A stretch of DNA of 64,000 nucleotides from Azolla caroliniana (lineage: Eukaryota; Plantae; Polypodiophyta). Positions 25,201-38,689 of this stretch are shown here, one piece after another (the first letter of the stretch is position 1; every line of letters starts with the position of its first letter). Under the pieces are notes generated by a model. It did not search any database. It was given only the letters and a program-made list of their open reading frames with translations, and was not told the DNA's origin. The stretch covers positions 11,780,001 through 11,844,000 of the forward strand of contig JBHGNT010000015.1 in assembly GCA_043228905.1 (NCBI GenBank), written 5' to 3'. The position numbers were made by a program, and so were the translations under genes.

Positions 25201-28200
25201 CACAAGAATCTCATCTACATCACCACCACTCGTATGTTGAATCGACGGTAGGCTCGTTGGTCATCTTTTCTCGTCGACTACGACTTTAAACTCTTGTTTC
25301 GACCGGCGTACAACATGGGAAAGCGGATGCTCTCTCGGCGACCCGACTTTGCACTATGCCCAAGTGACGACACATATTCTCAGCAATCACATTGTTTATT
25401 GCGGCCCAATCAACTCCACATGTTTGCTGTGAGGAATAGCACGGAATATTGCTCGGCCACAACTGAGTCTTGAATCACTTTGTTTAAGGATCAAACACAG
25501 AAATGGGAATAGAGATGAATACTCGTACACACACGAGTCGATAGAGAGTACACAGGATGTTTACGTGGAAAACCCTAATAGGGAAAAACCACGGGAGCCC
25601 ATAGACTCCGAACTATCACTATATGAGAAAGGTACAATCAGAGACTCGGAGGCAATGACCTCGAGCTCTATTTCTTCGCCAAGCGACGGTTACAACTAAA
25701 ACGGTTCTGTATCTCACTCTATCTCTCTCTCTCTCTCTCTCTCTTTGTCACTCGCTCTATACAACAATTATACATACAACAATATGACAACATTCTAGTA
25801 AAGTGATTGCCCTAATTCATATTTATACTTATATGAACTTAGGGCTATTTACAAATATAGCCTCAATAGGCTTACTCAAAACATATTTACAAATATGTCT
25901 TCTCTTCCAGTTCTCACCGGGTCCATCCGATCCGGTTTCTGGATCGCATCCGGTTCTCACCGGGTCGTAATCATTCATAACCGGATCTCTTTGTCACTCG
26001 CTCTATACAACAGTTATACATACAACAATATGACAACATTCTATTAAAGTGATTGCCCTAATTCATATTTATACATATATGAACTTAGGGCTATTTACAA
26101 ATATAGCCTGAATAGGCTTACTCAAAACATATTTACAAGGTGGATGGCACTTTGACTGTCGAACTAGAGCCAGTATTCCTCCTGTTGGATCCCTAGCTCT
26201 CCGATGAAGTCCTTCATCTAGATTATCTCCTTGCCGGCTTGCACAATTGCCATTTACTCCGCCGCCGTGGTTGACAACGCAACCGTCTTCTGCAGCCTCG
26301 ACAACCATGAAACAACTCCCCCTGCATAAGTCATGACATATCCGGATGTAGACCAGCTGGTATCCGCATCAGCCGACATATCCGAATCGGTGAATCCGTG
26401 AAGTTGGGGATTACCGGAGCTGAACCGGAGGCACATACTCGAGGTGCCTTTCTGATACCGGAGTATTCACTTGACCGCGTTCCACTGCTCTCTTTCGGGA
26501 TTGCTCATGAACCGACTATACTCCGACTGCATACCATCGCGTACATCGAAGCTTCCGATGGCAGAGGCATATGGAATCTTCATCATATCCGTCTTCTCCG
26601 CCTTTGACCTTGGGCTTTTTTTTCGGGATAGCTTGTAGTTTGCCGGAAGTGTCGATCCAACCGGTTTCGCCTCCGAGATGTTGAACCGTTGAAGCACCTT
26701 TGTCACGTACTTCTCCTGTGATAACCACAACAACTTCTTCGACCGGTCCCGGATTATGTGCATTCCCAATATCTGTCTTGCCAGACCCAAGTCTTTCATT
26801 GAGAAGGTCTGGTGCAGAGCCTTCTTCAGAATCCAAATCTTGTGTTGGTCTCGTCCAACGACCAACATATCATCCACATATAGGAGAAGTATCAGGAAAT
26901 CTCCTCCGTCAAATTTCTTCACAAACATGTAGTGATTGGCCTGCGTCTTGTGGTACCCTTGGTCGGTCATGAAGGAGTCGAACTTCTGGTACCATTGCCG
27001 GGGGGCTTGCTTCAATCCGTATAAGCTATTCTTTAGCCGGCACACCAGGTGCTCATTCCCTTTCTTCTCAAATCCTTTCAGTTGATGCATGTAGATCTCT
27101 TCTTCGAGGTTGCCTTGTAGGAATGCCGTCTTGACATCCAGTTGCTCTACCTCGAGGTCCATGCTTGCTGCTATGCTCAATATCGTCCGGATGGATGTCA
27201 TCTTTACTACCGGGGCAAAGATCTCATCAAATTCCACTCCTTTCCTCTACCGGAAGCCCTTCACCATGATCTGGGCTTTGTACCTTGGTGGATTTCCGGC
27301 GTCTCCTGGTTTCAGCTTGTACACCCACTTATTCCGGAGTGCTCTCTTCCCTTTCGACAACTCCGTCAGTTCATACGTGTGGTTCTAATGCAGGGAATCC
27401 ATCTCGTCCTGCATGGTACTCATCCACTTGTGGCTGTGGGTGTCTCTCTTTGCTTCTTCAAAGCTTTCCGGCTCCCCGTCATCGGTCAACAATACATGCT
27501 CTACATCCGGAAATCTCCGGGGGGCTCTTCGCTCTCGGAGAGGATATCTGCGTCCTTGGTTTCTGACTACCAGTTCCTCCGTTGGTTCCGAATCCAATTC
27601 CGAATCCGGATCTTGTCCGATTCTGGTGTCTTCTTCTTCTTCTTCTTCTTCTTTTGTCGGTTCTGTTTCTTGTCGGTATCTGGCCGGTTCGTCGAGTGTC
27701 ATCCGATTACCGGCTAACATTCGGTTTTCAACCGGGTAAGTTCTTGTGTCCTCAAGCCGGTTTAAATTGGATGATCCGGAGTTCGTCACCTTCTTCTCTG
27801 AATCCCAGTCGGAAATGGTCTTGTCTTCCATGAAGACTATGTCCCGACTCTAGAACACCTTCTTGTCGATCAAATCCCACACCCGGTAACCGAACTCATC
27901 ATCGTTGTATCCAAGGAATATGCATGGCCTAGATTTCGGATCTAGCTTTGCTCTCTTGTCCTTTGCCACATGCACATAAGCGAGACATCCGAACACCTTT
28001 AGACGCCGATAGGATACGTCCTTACCGGTCCATACTTTTTGCGGTGAGTCTCTGTCCAAGGGTACTGAAGGTGATCTGTTTATCACATAGGTCGCCGTGA
28101 TCACCGCCTCAGCCCAAAACTTCTTGGGTAACTTGGTATGTGCAAGCATGCTCTGGACTCTCTCAATTATGGTCCGGTTCATCCTTTCGGCCTGCCCGTT

Positions 28201-31200
28201 CAATTCTAGCGTCTTCGGCACGGTGAACTCGAGCCGGATTCCCTTCGACTGTCAATACTCCTCGAACTACCCCCGATATTTGCCTCCATTGTCCGCTCGA
28301 ACCACCTTCAACTTCCGGCCGGTTTCTCTTTCCACTCTCACTTGGAGCTCCTTGAAGACGGATAACACCTGATCCTTCATCTTCATATTGACATAGTCTC
28401 TTATGCCACAACTCACTGGCAGTGTCGGATGCAACATTCACTTCTTCCTAGCATATCCGAGCATGCATCAGATATAGAGTGTTGATCTTCCAGGCTCGAG
28501 CCATAATGAAGCTTCCTTCGCTGAATTTCATGACTCCATTCCGGATCCTACCCATGTAGCCTTCATCATCTAGCTGACTAGTTGATATCAGGTTCAGTCG
28601 AACCTCCAGAACGTGTCAGACATCCTTCAACAGCAACTTGCATCCGGTTGATGTCGTCAGAAACACATCTCCTATGCCGATAATTCGGCATGTACCTTCA
28701 TTCCCCATCCGGACACAACCATGATCACTGGATGTGTAGGATTAGAAGCATTTCCGATCCGATGTCAGGTGGAATGAATCTCCGGAATCGACAACCCACA
28801 TTGTCTCGTCGCCGACAAGGTTTAACTCAATCTCCTTAGTAATGACCATCAGTTCCTTTTCAATTATCGTGATTGCCGACGTTCCTTTCCGATTTGGACC
28901 TCTCTAGTCTGAATCGTTTCGGTTCGAACTCCTCTTTGAATCAGTAGTGCCGGTTTCGCTCTTTTTCTGGAAATGCCGACAGTTCTTTTGGAAATGCCAC
29001 GACTTCCCACAATAGAACCAAGTAGGCCTCCCCATTGACTTCGACCCCGTCCACAACCTATCCCAGTTTTGCGGACTATAATACCGGCCTCTTCCCCAAT
29101 TGTGGTCATCTTCCGTGACCAAGGACTTCGGATCGGTTTTGGACTCCCGGTCCTTCCAACAAGCTTCTTCATCTAGCAAGCTTGATTTTACCCTTGCTAG
29201 GGACAACTGCTTTCCTTCCGACCCGGCGTTGCCCAACGTGACAACTAACGTCTCCGAGTTATCCGGGAGGGAACCAAGAAGAAGCAATGTGAGTACCTCA
29301 TCGGTGAGAGGTACTTCCAATGAGGTTGCTTGGTGTATTAGCCCCTGGAAGGCATTCATGTGCTCCACCATAGTAGATCCATTGTAGTACTGGAGCCTCA
29401 CTAGCTTCCGGAATACCGAAACCCAATTAACGACATTCTTGTTCTGGAACATGATGCCAATCTTCTCCCAGAGTTAATGAGCCTTGCTCTCTTCATTGAA
29501 GTCGTTTTACAAGCTCATGTCAATGAAGCATCGGATGTATACCATCGTCTTCATGTGCATCATCTCCCACATTGTGGCATCGATCTTATCCGGTCTCTTA
29601 TCCCCGAACTGAACCAGCAACCAAAGATCTTTAACCACCAGCATATCCCTCATCTTGAACTTCCACACTGAGTAGTTGGAGTCGGTGAGGTTGAACATGC
29701 CGCCAAACAATTCTTCCATTTCCTGTGTTGTTCGCTCTGATACCAGATTGTGAAGAATAGCGCGGAATATTGCTCGGCCACAACCAAGTGTTGAATCACT
29801 TCGTTTTAAGGATCAAACACTGAAATGGGAATAGAGATGAATACTCATACACACACGAGTCCATAGAGAGTACACAGGATGTTTACGTGGAAAACCCTAA
29901 TAGGGAAAAACCACGGGAGCCCACAAACTCCGAACTATCACTACATGAGAAAGGTACAATCAGAGACTCAGAGGCAACAACCTCGAGCTCTGTTTTTTCG
30001 CCAAGCGGTGGTTACAACAAAAACCGTTCTGTATCTCACTCTATCTCTCTCTCTCTGCCACTCGCTCTATACAACAGTTATACATACAACAATATGATAA
30101 CATTCTAGTAAAGTGATTGCCCTAAGTCATATTTATACTTATGTGAACTTAGCGCTATTTACAAATATAGCCTCAATAGGCTTACTCAAAACATATTTAC
30201 AAATATGTATTCTCTTCCAGTTCTCACCCGGTCCATCCGATCCGGTTTCCAGATCTCTTTTGGTTGTCACTAGGTCCTCTTCATTCATAACTGGATCCCA
30301 TCTGGAGGGACTGATTTGCCAACACTCTCAACCTATATGTTGCATGATGATTCCTTGCTGAACGAGACCGCCCAAGCAACCATGTCAGACCCTTCGCTAT
30401 TGACATCATGGCGCGGCTCAACAACCCATCCCAGGAAATGCAAAGCTTGGATCTCAGTCACTTGATAACTCAAGATGGGCTACCCTATCGTAATCACCTC
30501 CTTTATGTACCAGCTGGCACATGTTGCATCCAAGTACTACAAACTTGCCACGATGATCCTCTTGTCCAACACATTGGGGTCGCGAAAATGCTAGTTTTGC
30601 TGTCTCAGGGGATTTTGGTGGCCCCAACCTTGGAAATTGGTCAAAGAATTTATCAAAACTTGTGACATCTGTGCTCGCTCCAAAGCGGTTCACCATCATC
30701 CATATGGCCTTCTACACCCACTTCCAATTCCAAATCGACCTTGGGCATCTCTCCCCATGGACTTTATCACTGACCTTCCTCGGGTCGGTGACCATGACAT
30801 GGTGCTAGTGGTCGTCGATCGGTTTTCGAAGATGGCTCACTTTGTCCCATGTGTGAAAACCATTTCAGGGGAGGAGACGACTGACCTTTTTCGGAAAAAT
30901 GTCGTCTGATTACACGTCTGATCGAGGTCTTCAATTTATCTCCCAGTTCTGGTGCTGACTTCTGCAGACATTCGAGACTTCTGTGAACTTGTCAATTGCG
31001 CACCACCCTCAAACTGATGCCCAAACCGAAAGAGTAAACCAAATCCTCAAACAATACCTCTGGTGTACAGTCAGCTACCAACAAGATGATTAGGTGGACT
31101 TCCTTTCCATGGCGGAATTTGCCTACAATAACAGTATACATGCGTCAACTAAGGTTTCCCCATTCTTTGCAAACTATGGTTTCCACCCTCGTTTCAGCAT

Positions 31201-32140
31201 TTCCATTCCGGAGACTTCCGTCAATCCGTCGACCGAGAGGCGTGCCCACACCTTACAAGATGTCCATCATGACCTCTCCCACAAGCTCTGTGCCACTAGG
31301 AAACAATATAAAGCTCATGTTGACCAACATTGCTTGGTCGCTCCGACCTTCGCAGTCGGTGACATGGTTTGGCTGCTACGTCACCACATTGCAACAACCC
31401 GTCCTTGCGCGAAGCTCGACTATAGAAAGCTAGGCCCCTTCGGCTTCACAATGTTTTCCATGTCTCTCATCCAACCCCACCATCCTTCTCGCATTCCGAG
31501 ATGACAACCTCTGCCGCCGCCACCCGTGGAATTATCGACAGGTCAGAAGTACGAGGTTGACCGGATCCTTGACTCCCGCTTGTGTCGCCGAAGACTTCAA
31601 TACTTGGTCTTATGGAAAGGTTACCCTCTTTCGGACACGATATGGGAACCAATTACACATTTACAAAATGCGCTTTTCATCAATGATACCCTCATAAACC
31701 GGCCACGGGTGTTAGGAAGCAGCCTTAGAGGGAGGATAATATCATAGACATATGTCACGGAGGAAAAAAGGGATTGAACCCAATACCTCATGGTCTCTAT
31801 TGGGTAACCCTACCAATTGAGCTACCTATGCATCCTTGTACCAAATCCAAGTTCATATAGTGTAGATTGAACATTGGAAGTTTCTAACTTGCACACATCC
31901 TCATGCATTCTCTATTGCATGCATCCTCGTGCATTCTCCATTGCATGCATCCTCATGCATACTCTATTTCTAGCTAGCTTACATAGCCCTACCTTCTTGT
32001 ATAAATACTCAGGTGTACCTTGATTCTAATCAAGGTGAACAACACTAGTTACGGATTCTATAAGTTCAGTTCTTGTTCTTTTCCTCTCTCTTGTGTTCTA
32101 GTCTTGTCTTCTCTTTGCTCAATTATACTTGTCCATGATA
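22273..32140 (+). mobile_element. Full-length degenerate Tcn1-like chromovirus no. 2
   Basis: LTRs 22273-22690 and 31740-32140; TSD GCATG; PPT AGAGGGAGGA; gag 22812-23756; protease LLDSGAS; RT partly deleted near 24550; integrase; chromodomain YEVDRILDSR...YLVLWKGY. Confidence 0.95.
25428..30330 (-). mobile_element. Degenerate Ty1/copia (Tnt1/Tork-like) nested in chromovirus 2
   Basis: LTRs start at 25428 and 29749; PBS TGGTATCAGAGC (tRNA-iMet) at 29734-29745; gag, integrase and RT (YVDD) fragments; left LTR rearranged with a duplicated block 25988-26137; TSD not resolved. Confidence 0.92.
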
Positions 32141-32264
32141 GCATGCATCTCACGTCCCTTCAGAATCTCCTTGCATTTTTAGTGTCTTTGCACTTGCAAT
32201 ACATGATCTGTTATTTTCTTTTCAGCTTTTGCACTAGAATTCGAATGAATCCTCCAAATTTCTC

Positions 32265-32400
32265 TCAGCTTACCAAAGTTGGTTCATAAACATGAAATCC
32301 ATAATCGATGAACTTCTTCTTAAGTAATATTGTTGCCCTACCAGCATCCATGTCACCAAGTAATGTTGATGCCATGCCAAAGCCCATAGCACCAATTCCA
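32265..32400 (-). pseudogene. Short fragment resembling the NAD-binding start of a 6PGDH/3-hydroxyisobutyrate dehydrogenase-like domain
   Basis: GIGAMGFGMASTLL and GFHVYEPTLV resemble the GLGAMGFGMA...GYDVYKPTL motif recalled from plant ketose-bisphosphate aldolase class-II fusion proteins. Confidence 0.5.
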
Positions 32401-32539
32401 TCGTATTCAACATGTAGTGATATGTCTTCTTTCACAATGATTCCTTGATCGCTTCTGCATGTAAGAGTTCGCCATATCCAGATGAACCTACCAGATGAAA
32501 ATATTGGTTCTCTACTACAATCCAATCTCCTCAAATCCT

Positions 32540-33192
32540 CATGAAAATTTGCTTCTGCCTCCGCCACCATATTCGCTCATCGTTGTATAAACTAAAAACT
32601 AAATAATTGTGCTTCAAAATATTTCCACATTAGCCATCTCGCCATTTTCCATGAAATTCTTGTATAGTTAACAAAGAAAATGAATCAGTTGTCCTCATCC
32701 ACTCATGACATTTTGCTTTAACCCTCGACAACATCCTCACTCATCCTTTCAAAAATAAATCGGCTTCCGTTTCCACAACATCCATCTTGCCAGTCATCAC
32801 CCGAGTCCCATATCTCTCAATTTTCAGCAATTTCCTATACATTCACAAAACAGAATTAATCCAGTCTTCTCAAACCCTCATTTTCTACTACAAACATCTT
32901 GCCATTCATCGCCCGAGTCCTGTACCTACAAAAACCAGAATGAATCCACTCTCTTGAAACCCTCATGAAACCTTGCTTCTACCTCCGCCACCATCTTCAC
33001 TCATCGTTTCAAAATTAAATAAGCTTCAATTTCCACTACAACCATCTTGTCATTCATTGCCCGAGTCCTATACGTACAAAAACCAGAATGAATCCACTCT
33101 CCTCAAACCCTCATGAGACCTTGCTTCTGCCTCTGCCACCATCTTCACTCATCCTTTTCAAAATTAAATCAACTTCATTTTCCACTACAACC
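32540..33192. repeat. Degenerate tandem repeat of about 150 bp, continuing at 38529-38690 after the copia insertion
   Basis: Recurring CCATCTTGCCATTCA..CCGAGTCC, GAATGAATCCACTCT and TTGCTTCTGCCTCCGCCACCAT blocks. Confidence 0.7.
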
Positions 33193-36100
33193 TGTCGGGA
33201 ATCAACGCTTCGATTCACCTTCTTCCTTTCGGCCACAACCGAGTAATCGCGGATCAATGCAGCAGAAAATAGAAACCAAAAGAGAGAAACACACGAGTAC
33301 ACAGGGATTAACGTGGAAAACCCTAGATGGGAAAAAACCACGGGAGTACAAGACTCCAAACAACACTATACAAGAGAAGTATACAATCACGAGCTCCAAG
33401 GCGACGACCTTGAGCTCGCTGTCCTCGCCACAGGCGGCGGAAATACACAGAGGCGTCGTCCTCTTCCTCTCTCGCGCTCTATCTCTCACTCTGTCTCACG
33501 GCTGCTCCCTCTTCACTCCTCTTGAGTGGAAAAACAGAAAAATGATAAGCAACAACAACACTGTTTGCCCTAAGTCATATTTATACTTATATGACTTTGG
33601 GCTATTTACAACTGTAGCCTCAGGGGCCCATAGCGAACATATTCACGGATATGTCCCTGCATCCGGATCGCTCTCCGGGTACATTCGTCATCCGGTACCG
33701 AAACCGGGGTCTTCGTCATCCGGATCCGAAACCGAAACCGGGCTTGTCGGCATTCATCTCCGATATCCGACCATCCCATGAAGAAGGGACCGTAATCCCA
33801 ACAAACTCCCCCTTCACTTCGGCATGGGATGTCTCTCCAATCCGATCCTCTTCCGGCATGCTTCCAGCTTGTCGGGTGTGAGGACCTTGGTCAGCATATC
33901 CGACCCGTTCTCGTCCGTGTGGATCTTTGTCAGCACGAACTCCTTGTCTTCTATCCTTTCCCGGATCCAGTGATATCTTCGCTGGATGTGCTTCGTCCGG
34001 GAGTGATAGGCCGCGTTCTTCGCAAGGTGGATTGCACTCTGACTGTCGCAGTAGAGTCGGTACTCCTCCTGTCGGATACCGAGCTCTCTAATGAAGTCCT
34101 TCATCCATATTATTTCCTTGCCGGCTTCAACAGCCGCCATGTACTCCGCCTCCGTGGTTGACAGCGCAACCGTCTTCTGCAGCCTCGACTGCCATGAAAC
34201 AGCTCCCCCTGCATACGTCATCACATACCCTGATGTGGACCGGCTGGTATCTGCATCAGCCGACATATCCGAATCGGTAAAGCCGTCGAGTTCGGGCTTT
34301 CCGGAGCCGAATCGGAGGCACACGTTTGCCGTGCCCTTCAGGTATCGGAGTATCCACTTGGCCGCGTTCCAATGCTCTTTGCCGGGATTGCTCATGTACT
34401 GGCTCACCACTCCGACTGCATATCCGATGTCCGGTCTCGTACACACCATGGCGTACATCAAGCTCCCGACGGCTGAGGCATACGGCACTTTCATCATATC
34501 CTCCTTTTCAGCCTTTGTCTTGGGACTTTGCTTGCTGGACAGCTTGCAGTTTGTCGGGAGGGTCGATCCGACCGGTCTTGCTTCCGACATGTTGAACCGG
34601 TGAAGCACCTTCGTCACGTACTTCTCCTGTGACAGCCACAACTGCTTCTTGCTCCGGTCCCGGATGATGTGCATCCCTAGTATTTGTCTCGCCGGACCCA
34701 GGTCCTTCATTGAGAAGGTTCGGTGAAGAGCCTTCTTCAGCATCCGGATCTTGACCTGGTCCCGTCCGACGATCAACATGTCGTCCACGTACAGGAGGAG
34801 TATTAGAAAGTCTCCTCCTTCGAACTTCTTCACAAACACGCAGTGGTCGGACTGCGTTTTGAGGTACCCTTCGTCGGTCATGAAGGAGTCGAACTTCCGG
34901 TACCATTGCCGGGGAGCCTGCTTCAGTCCGTAAAGGCTCTTCTTCAACCGGCATACCAGGTGCTCCTTCCCTTTCTTCTCGAATCCTTCCGGTTGCTGCA
35001 TGTAGATCTCTTCATCGAGGTCACCGTGAAGGAATGCCGTCTTCACGTCCATCTGTTCTACCTCGAGGTCCATGCTTGCCGCTATGCTCAGCACCGTCCG
35101 GATGGAAGTCATCTTCACTACCGGGGCAAATATCTCGTCGAAGTCGACGCCCTTCTTCTGCTGAAACCCCTTCACCACGATCCTGGCTTTGTATCTCGGG
35201 GGGTTTCCGGCATCTCCCGGTTTCAGCTTGAACACCCACTTGTTTCGAAGTGCCCGCTTTCCTTTCGGCAACTCCACAAGTTCATATGTGTGGTTCTCGT
35301 GCAGGGAATCCATTTCGTCCTGCATGGCACTCAACCACCTGCGGCTCTGGGTGTCATGTTTTGCTTCTTCAAAGCTCTCCGGCTCCCCCTCGTCGGTTAG
35401 CAGCACGTGCTCTGGTTCCGGAAATCTCCGGGGGGCCCTTCTCTCTCTTAGAGGATATCTCCGTTCCGGAGCTTCGGTAACCGGTTCTTCCGATTCTTCT
35501 TCATCCGAATCCATTTCGGGATCGGGGCCGGTTCCGGTATCGTTTTCATCTTCTTCGGCCGGTTCTGTTTCTTCACCGTCTTCGGCCGGATCCTCGAGTG
35601 CTAACCGGTCCCTTGCCGGTCGGGACTGCTCCTTGTAGAGTTGATCCTCACCGGTCGACTTGGAGCTCTTCACCTTCTTCTCCGACTCCCAGTCGGCGAG
35701 TGTCTTGTCCTCCATGAAGATGATGTCTCGACTCCTGAATATCTTCTTGTCGACCGGGTCCCATACTCGGTAGCCGAACTCGTCATCGCCGTAACCGAGG
35801 AATATGCATGGCCGGGTCTTTGGATCTAGCTTTCCTCTCCGGTCCTTTGCCACATGCACGTATGCGAGACACCCGAACACCTTCAGATGCCGGTAGGACA
35901 CTTCCTTACCGGTCCACACTTTCTGCGGCGTGTCTCCGTCCAAAGGTACTGAGGGTGATCTGTTTATCACGTATGTCGACGTCGACATTGCCTCAGCCCA
36001 AAACCCCTTGGGTAATTTCGCATGCGCCAGCATACTCCGGACCCGCTCCATTATGGTCCGGTTCATCCTCTCAGCCAGCCCGTTCAGTTCCGGCGTCTTC

Positions 36101-38528
36101 GGCACAGTAAACTCGAGTCGGATTCCCTTCGAGCGACAGTACTCCTGGAACTGCCCCCGGTATTCCCCTCCGTTATCCGCTCGTATCGCTTTCAGCTTCT
36201 TGCCGGATTCCCTTTCCACTCTCGCGTGGAGTTCTTTGAAGACGCACAACGCTTGGTCCTTTGTCTTCAACGGTGCCGTCCACAGCTTCCGGCTGTGATC
36301 ATCAATGAATGTTACGAAGTACTGGGCTCCACCATGTGACTTCGTTTCTACCTGACACACATCAGTGTGCACCAACTCCAATGGTGCGCTCCGTCTCGTC
36401 GGTGGCCTTGAGTGGAAGGAGATTCGGTTCTGCTTACCGGCCAGGCAATCGGTGCACTTCTCCAGGTGCACATGCTTCACTGGGATAAGGTTGTCTTCTG
36501 CAAGCCTCTTCATCCCCTTCTCACTCATGTGGCACAGTCTCTTGTGCCACAGCTCACCGGCAGTGTCGGCTGCCACATTCAGTTCTTCCGGACATAACCG
36601 GGCATTCATCAGGTACAGTGTGTTGACTTTCCGGGCCCGAGCCACTATCAGGCTCCCCTTGCTGAACTTCATTACGCCGTTCCGGATGCTACCTGTGTAG
36701 CCTTCATCGTCTAGCCTCTCGGCCAAAATCAGGTTCAATCGAACCTCCGGAACGTGTCGGACATCCTTCAGCAGCATTTTGCATCCGGTCGGGGTTGTCA
36801 ACCACACGTCTCCTATGCCGGAAATCCGGCACGTACCTTCATTTCCCATCCGAACACAGCCATGCTCACCGGCTGTGTAGGATGAGAAGTATCTTCTCTC
36901 CGGGGTCAGGTGGAACGATGCTCCGGAATCGACCACCCAGGTCGTCTCATCGCCGGCAACGTTTAGCTCACCTTCTTCGGTGATGAGCATGATTTCTTCC
37001 TCACTTGCCGCGAGTGCCGTTGTTCCTTTCCGGTCCTGTCCTCGCCGATCCGAACCATTCCGGTCCGTGGCTCCCCGGTATGCACCGTTTCTCTCCGGTG
37101 ACTTCTTCGAATCGGTGTTGTCGGTTCCATTGTCTTTTCGGTAATGCCGACAATTCTTTCGGAAGTGCCCCGGCTTCCCACAGTGGAAGCATGTGGGCCT
37201 TCCTCTTGACTGCGACCGGGTCCCCGACTTCTCCCGTCTTTGCGGACTCCGGTTCCATTGTCTTCCCCGATCCGATTCGGTAAACAACATCTTCGGGTCG
37301 GAGGCCGGTTCCTTATCTCTCCGACGCGCTTCTTCATTCAAAATACTTGTCTTTACCGTTTGTAAGGACAAGTTATCTTCGGTGCAGGAGGTGCTGAGAG
37401 TCACCACCAAGTTCTCCCAGCTTTCCGGCAATGTACACATCAGGATGATGGCTTGCATTGCATCCTCCAACGGGAACTTGATCGCCGCAAGCTGATTCAC
37501 GAATCCCATGAACGTGCTTACGTGTTCCACCATACTCTCGCCGTCCCGGTACTTGAGGTTCACTATCTTCCTCATCAGGGAGGTCCGGTTCAACGCATTC
37601 TTCCTCTCGTAGAGGCCCGACAGCTTCTTCCACATCTCATATGCGTTGGTGTCGTTCGCCACATGTTGTAGGACGCTTACATCGACATATTGTCGGATCG
37701 TCGCTACGGCTTTCCGGTTCAGGAGCTTCCACTCCGACTCAAGTACCCCCTTCGGTATTTCCGACCTGTCAATCGGTTCGTACAGGTCCCGAACAATCAG
37801 AAGATCCTCCATCTTGATCTTCCAGTCGGCGTAATTCTACGCATTCAGCACCATCATCCCCGGCTGCCCGCTGCCGCCGCCTTCCATTTTCTGCAGCAGT
37901 TCGCTCTGATACCAGTTTGTCGGGAATCAACGCTTCGATTCACCTTCTTCCTTTCGGCCACAACCGAGTAATCGCGGATCAATGCAGCAGAAAATAGAAA
38001 CCAAAAGAGAGAAACACACGAGTACACAGGGATTAACGTGGAAAACCCTAGATGGGAAAAAACCACGGGAGTACAAGACTCCAAACAACACTATACAAGA
38101 GAAGTATACAATCACGAGCTCCAAGGCGACGACCTTGAGCTCGCTGTCCTCGCCACAGGCGGCGGAAATACACAGAGGCGTCGTCCTCTTCCTCTCTCGC
38201 GCTCTATCTCTCACTCTGTCTCACGGCTGCTCCCTCTTCACTCCTCTTGAGTGGAAAAACAGAAAAATGATAAGCAACAACAACACTGTTTGCCCTAAGT
38301 CATATTTATACTTATATGACTTTGGGCTATTTACAACTGTAGCCTCAGGGGCCCATAGCGAACATATTCACGGATATGTCCCTGCATCCGAATCGCTCTC
38401 CGGGTACATTCGTCATCCGGTACCGAAACCGGGGTCTTCGTCATCCGGATCCGAAACCGAAACCGGGCTTGTCGGCATTCATCTCCGATATCCGACCATC
38501 CCATGAAGAAGGGACCGTAATCCCAACA
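33193..38528 (-). mobile_element. Near-intact, very young Ty1/copia (Tnt1/Tork-like)
   Basis: 611-bp LTRs 33193-33803 and 37918-38528 with one difference seen; TSD CAACC; PBS tRNA-iMet 37903-37914; PPT at 33804-33814. Confidence 0.98.
33814..37887 (-). CDS. Copia gag-pol polyprotein (gag-PR-INT-RT-RH)
   Basis: 1332-codon open frame (CFHCGKPGHFRKNC, VVDSGAS, RADNGGEY, YVDD, FTDSD); likely original ATG at 37887 is followed by an in-frame TAG at 37837-37839. Confidence 0.95.
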
Positions 38529-38689
38529 CAACCATCTTGCCATTCACCGAGTCCTGTACCTACAAAAAAACTAGAATGAATCCACTCTCCTCAAACCCTC
38601 ATGAAACCTTGCTTCTGCCTCCGCCACCATCATTCTAAAAACTGAAAATAAATAATTCTGCTTCAAAAAAACTTCCACATCAACCATCT

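Noticed and set aside
33113-33781. 222-aa and 174-aa (37982-38506) plus-strand ORFs
   Set aside because: Antisense readings of the copia LTRs with no protein motifs
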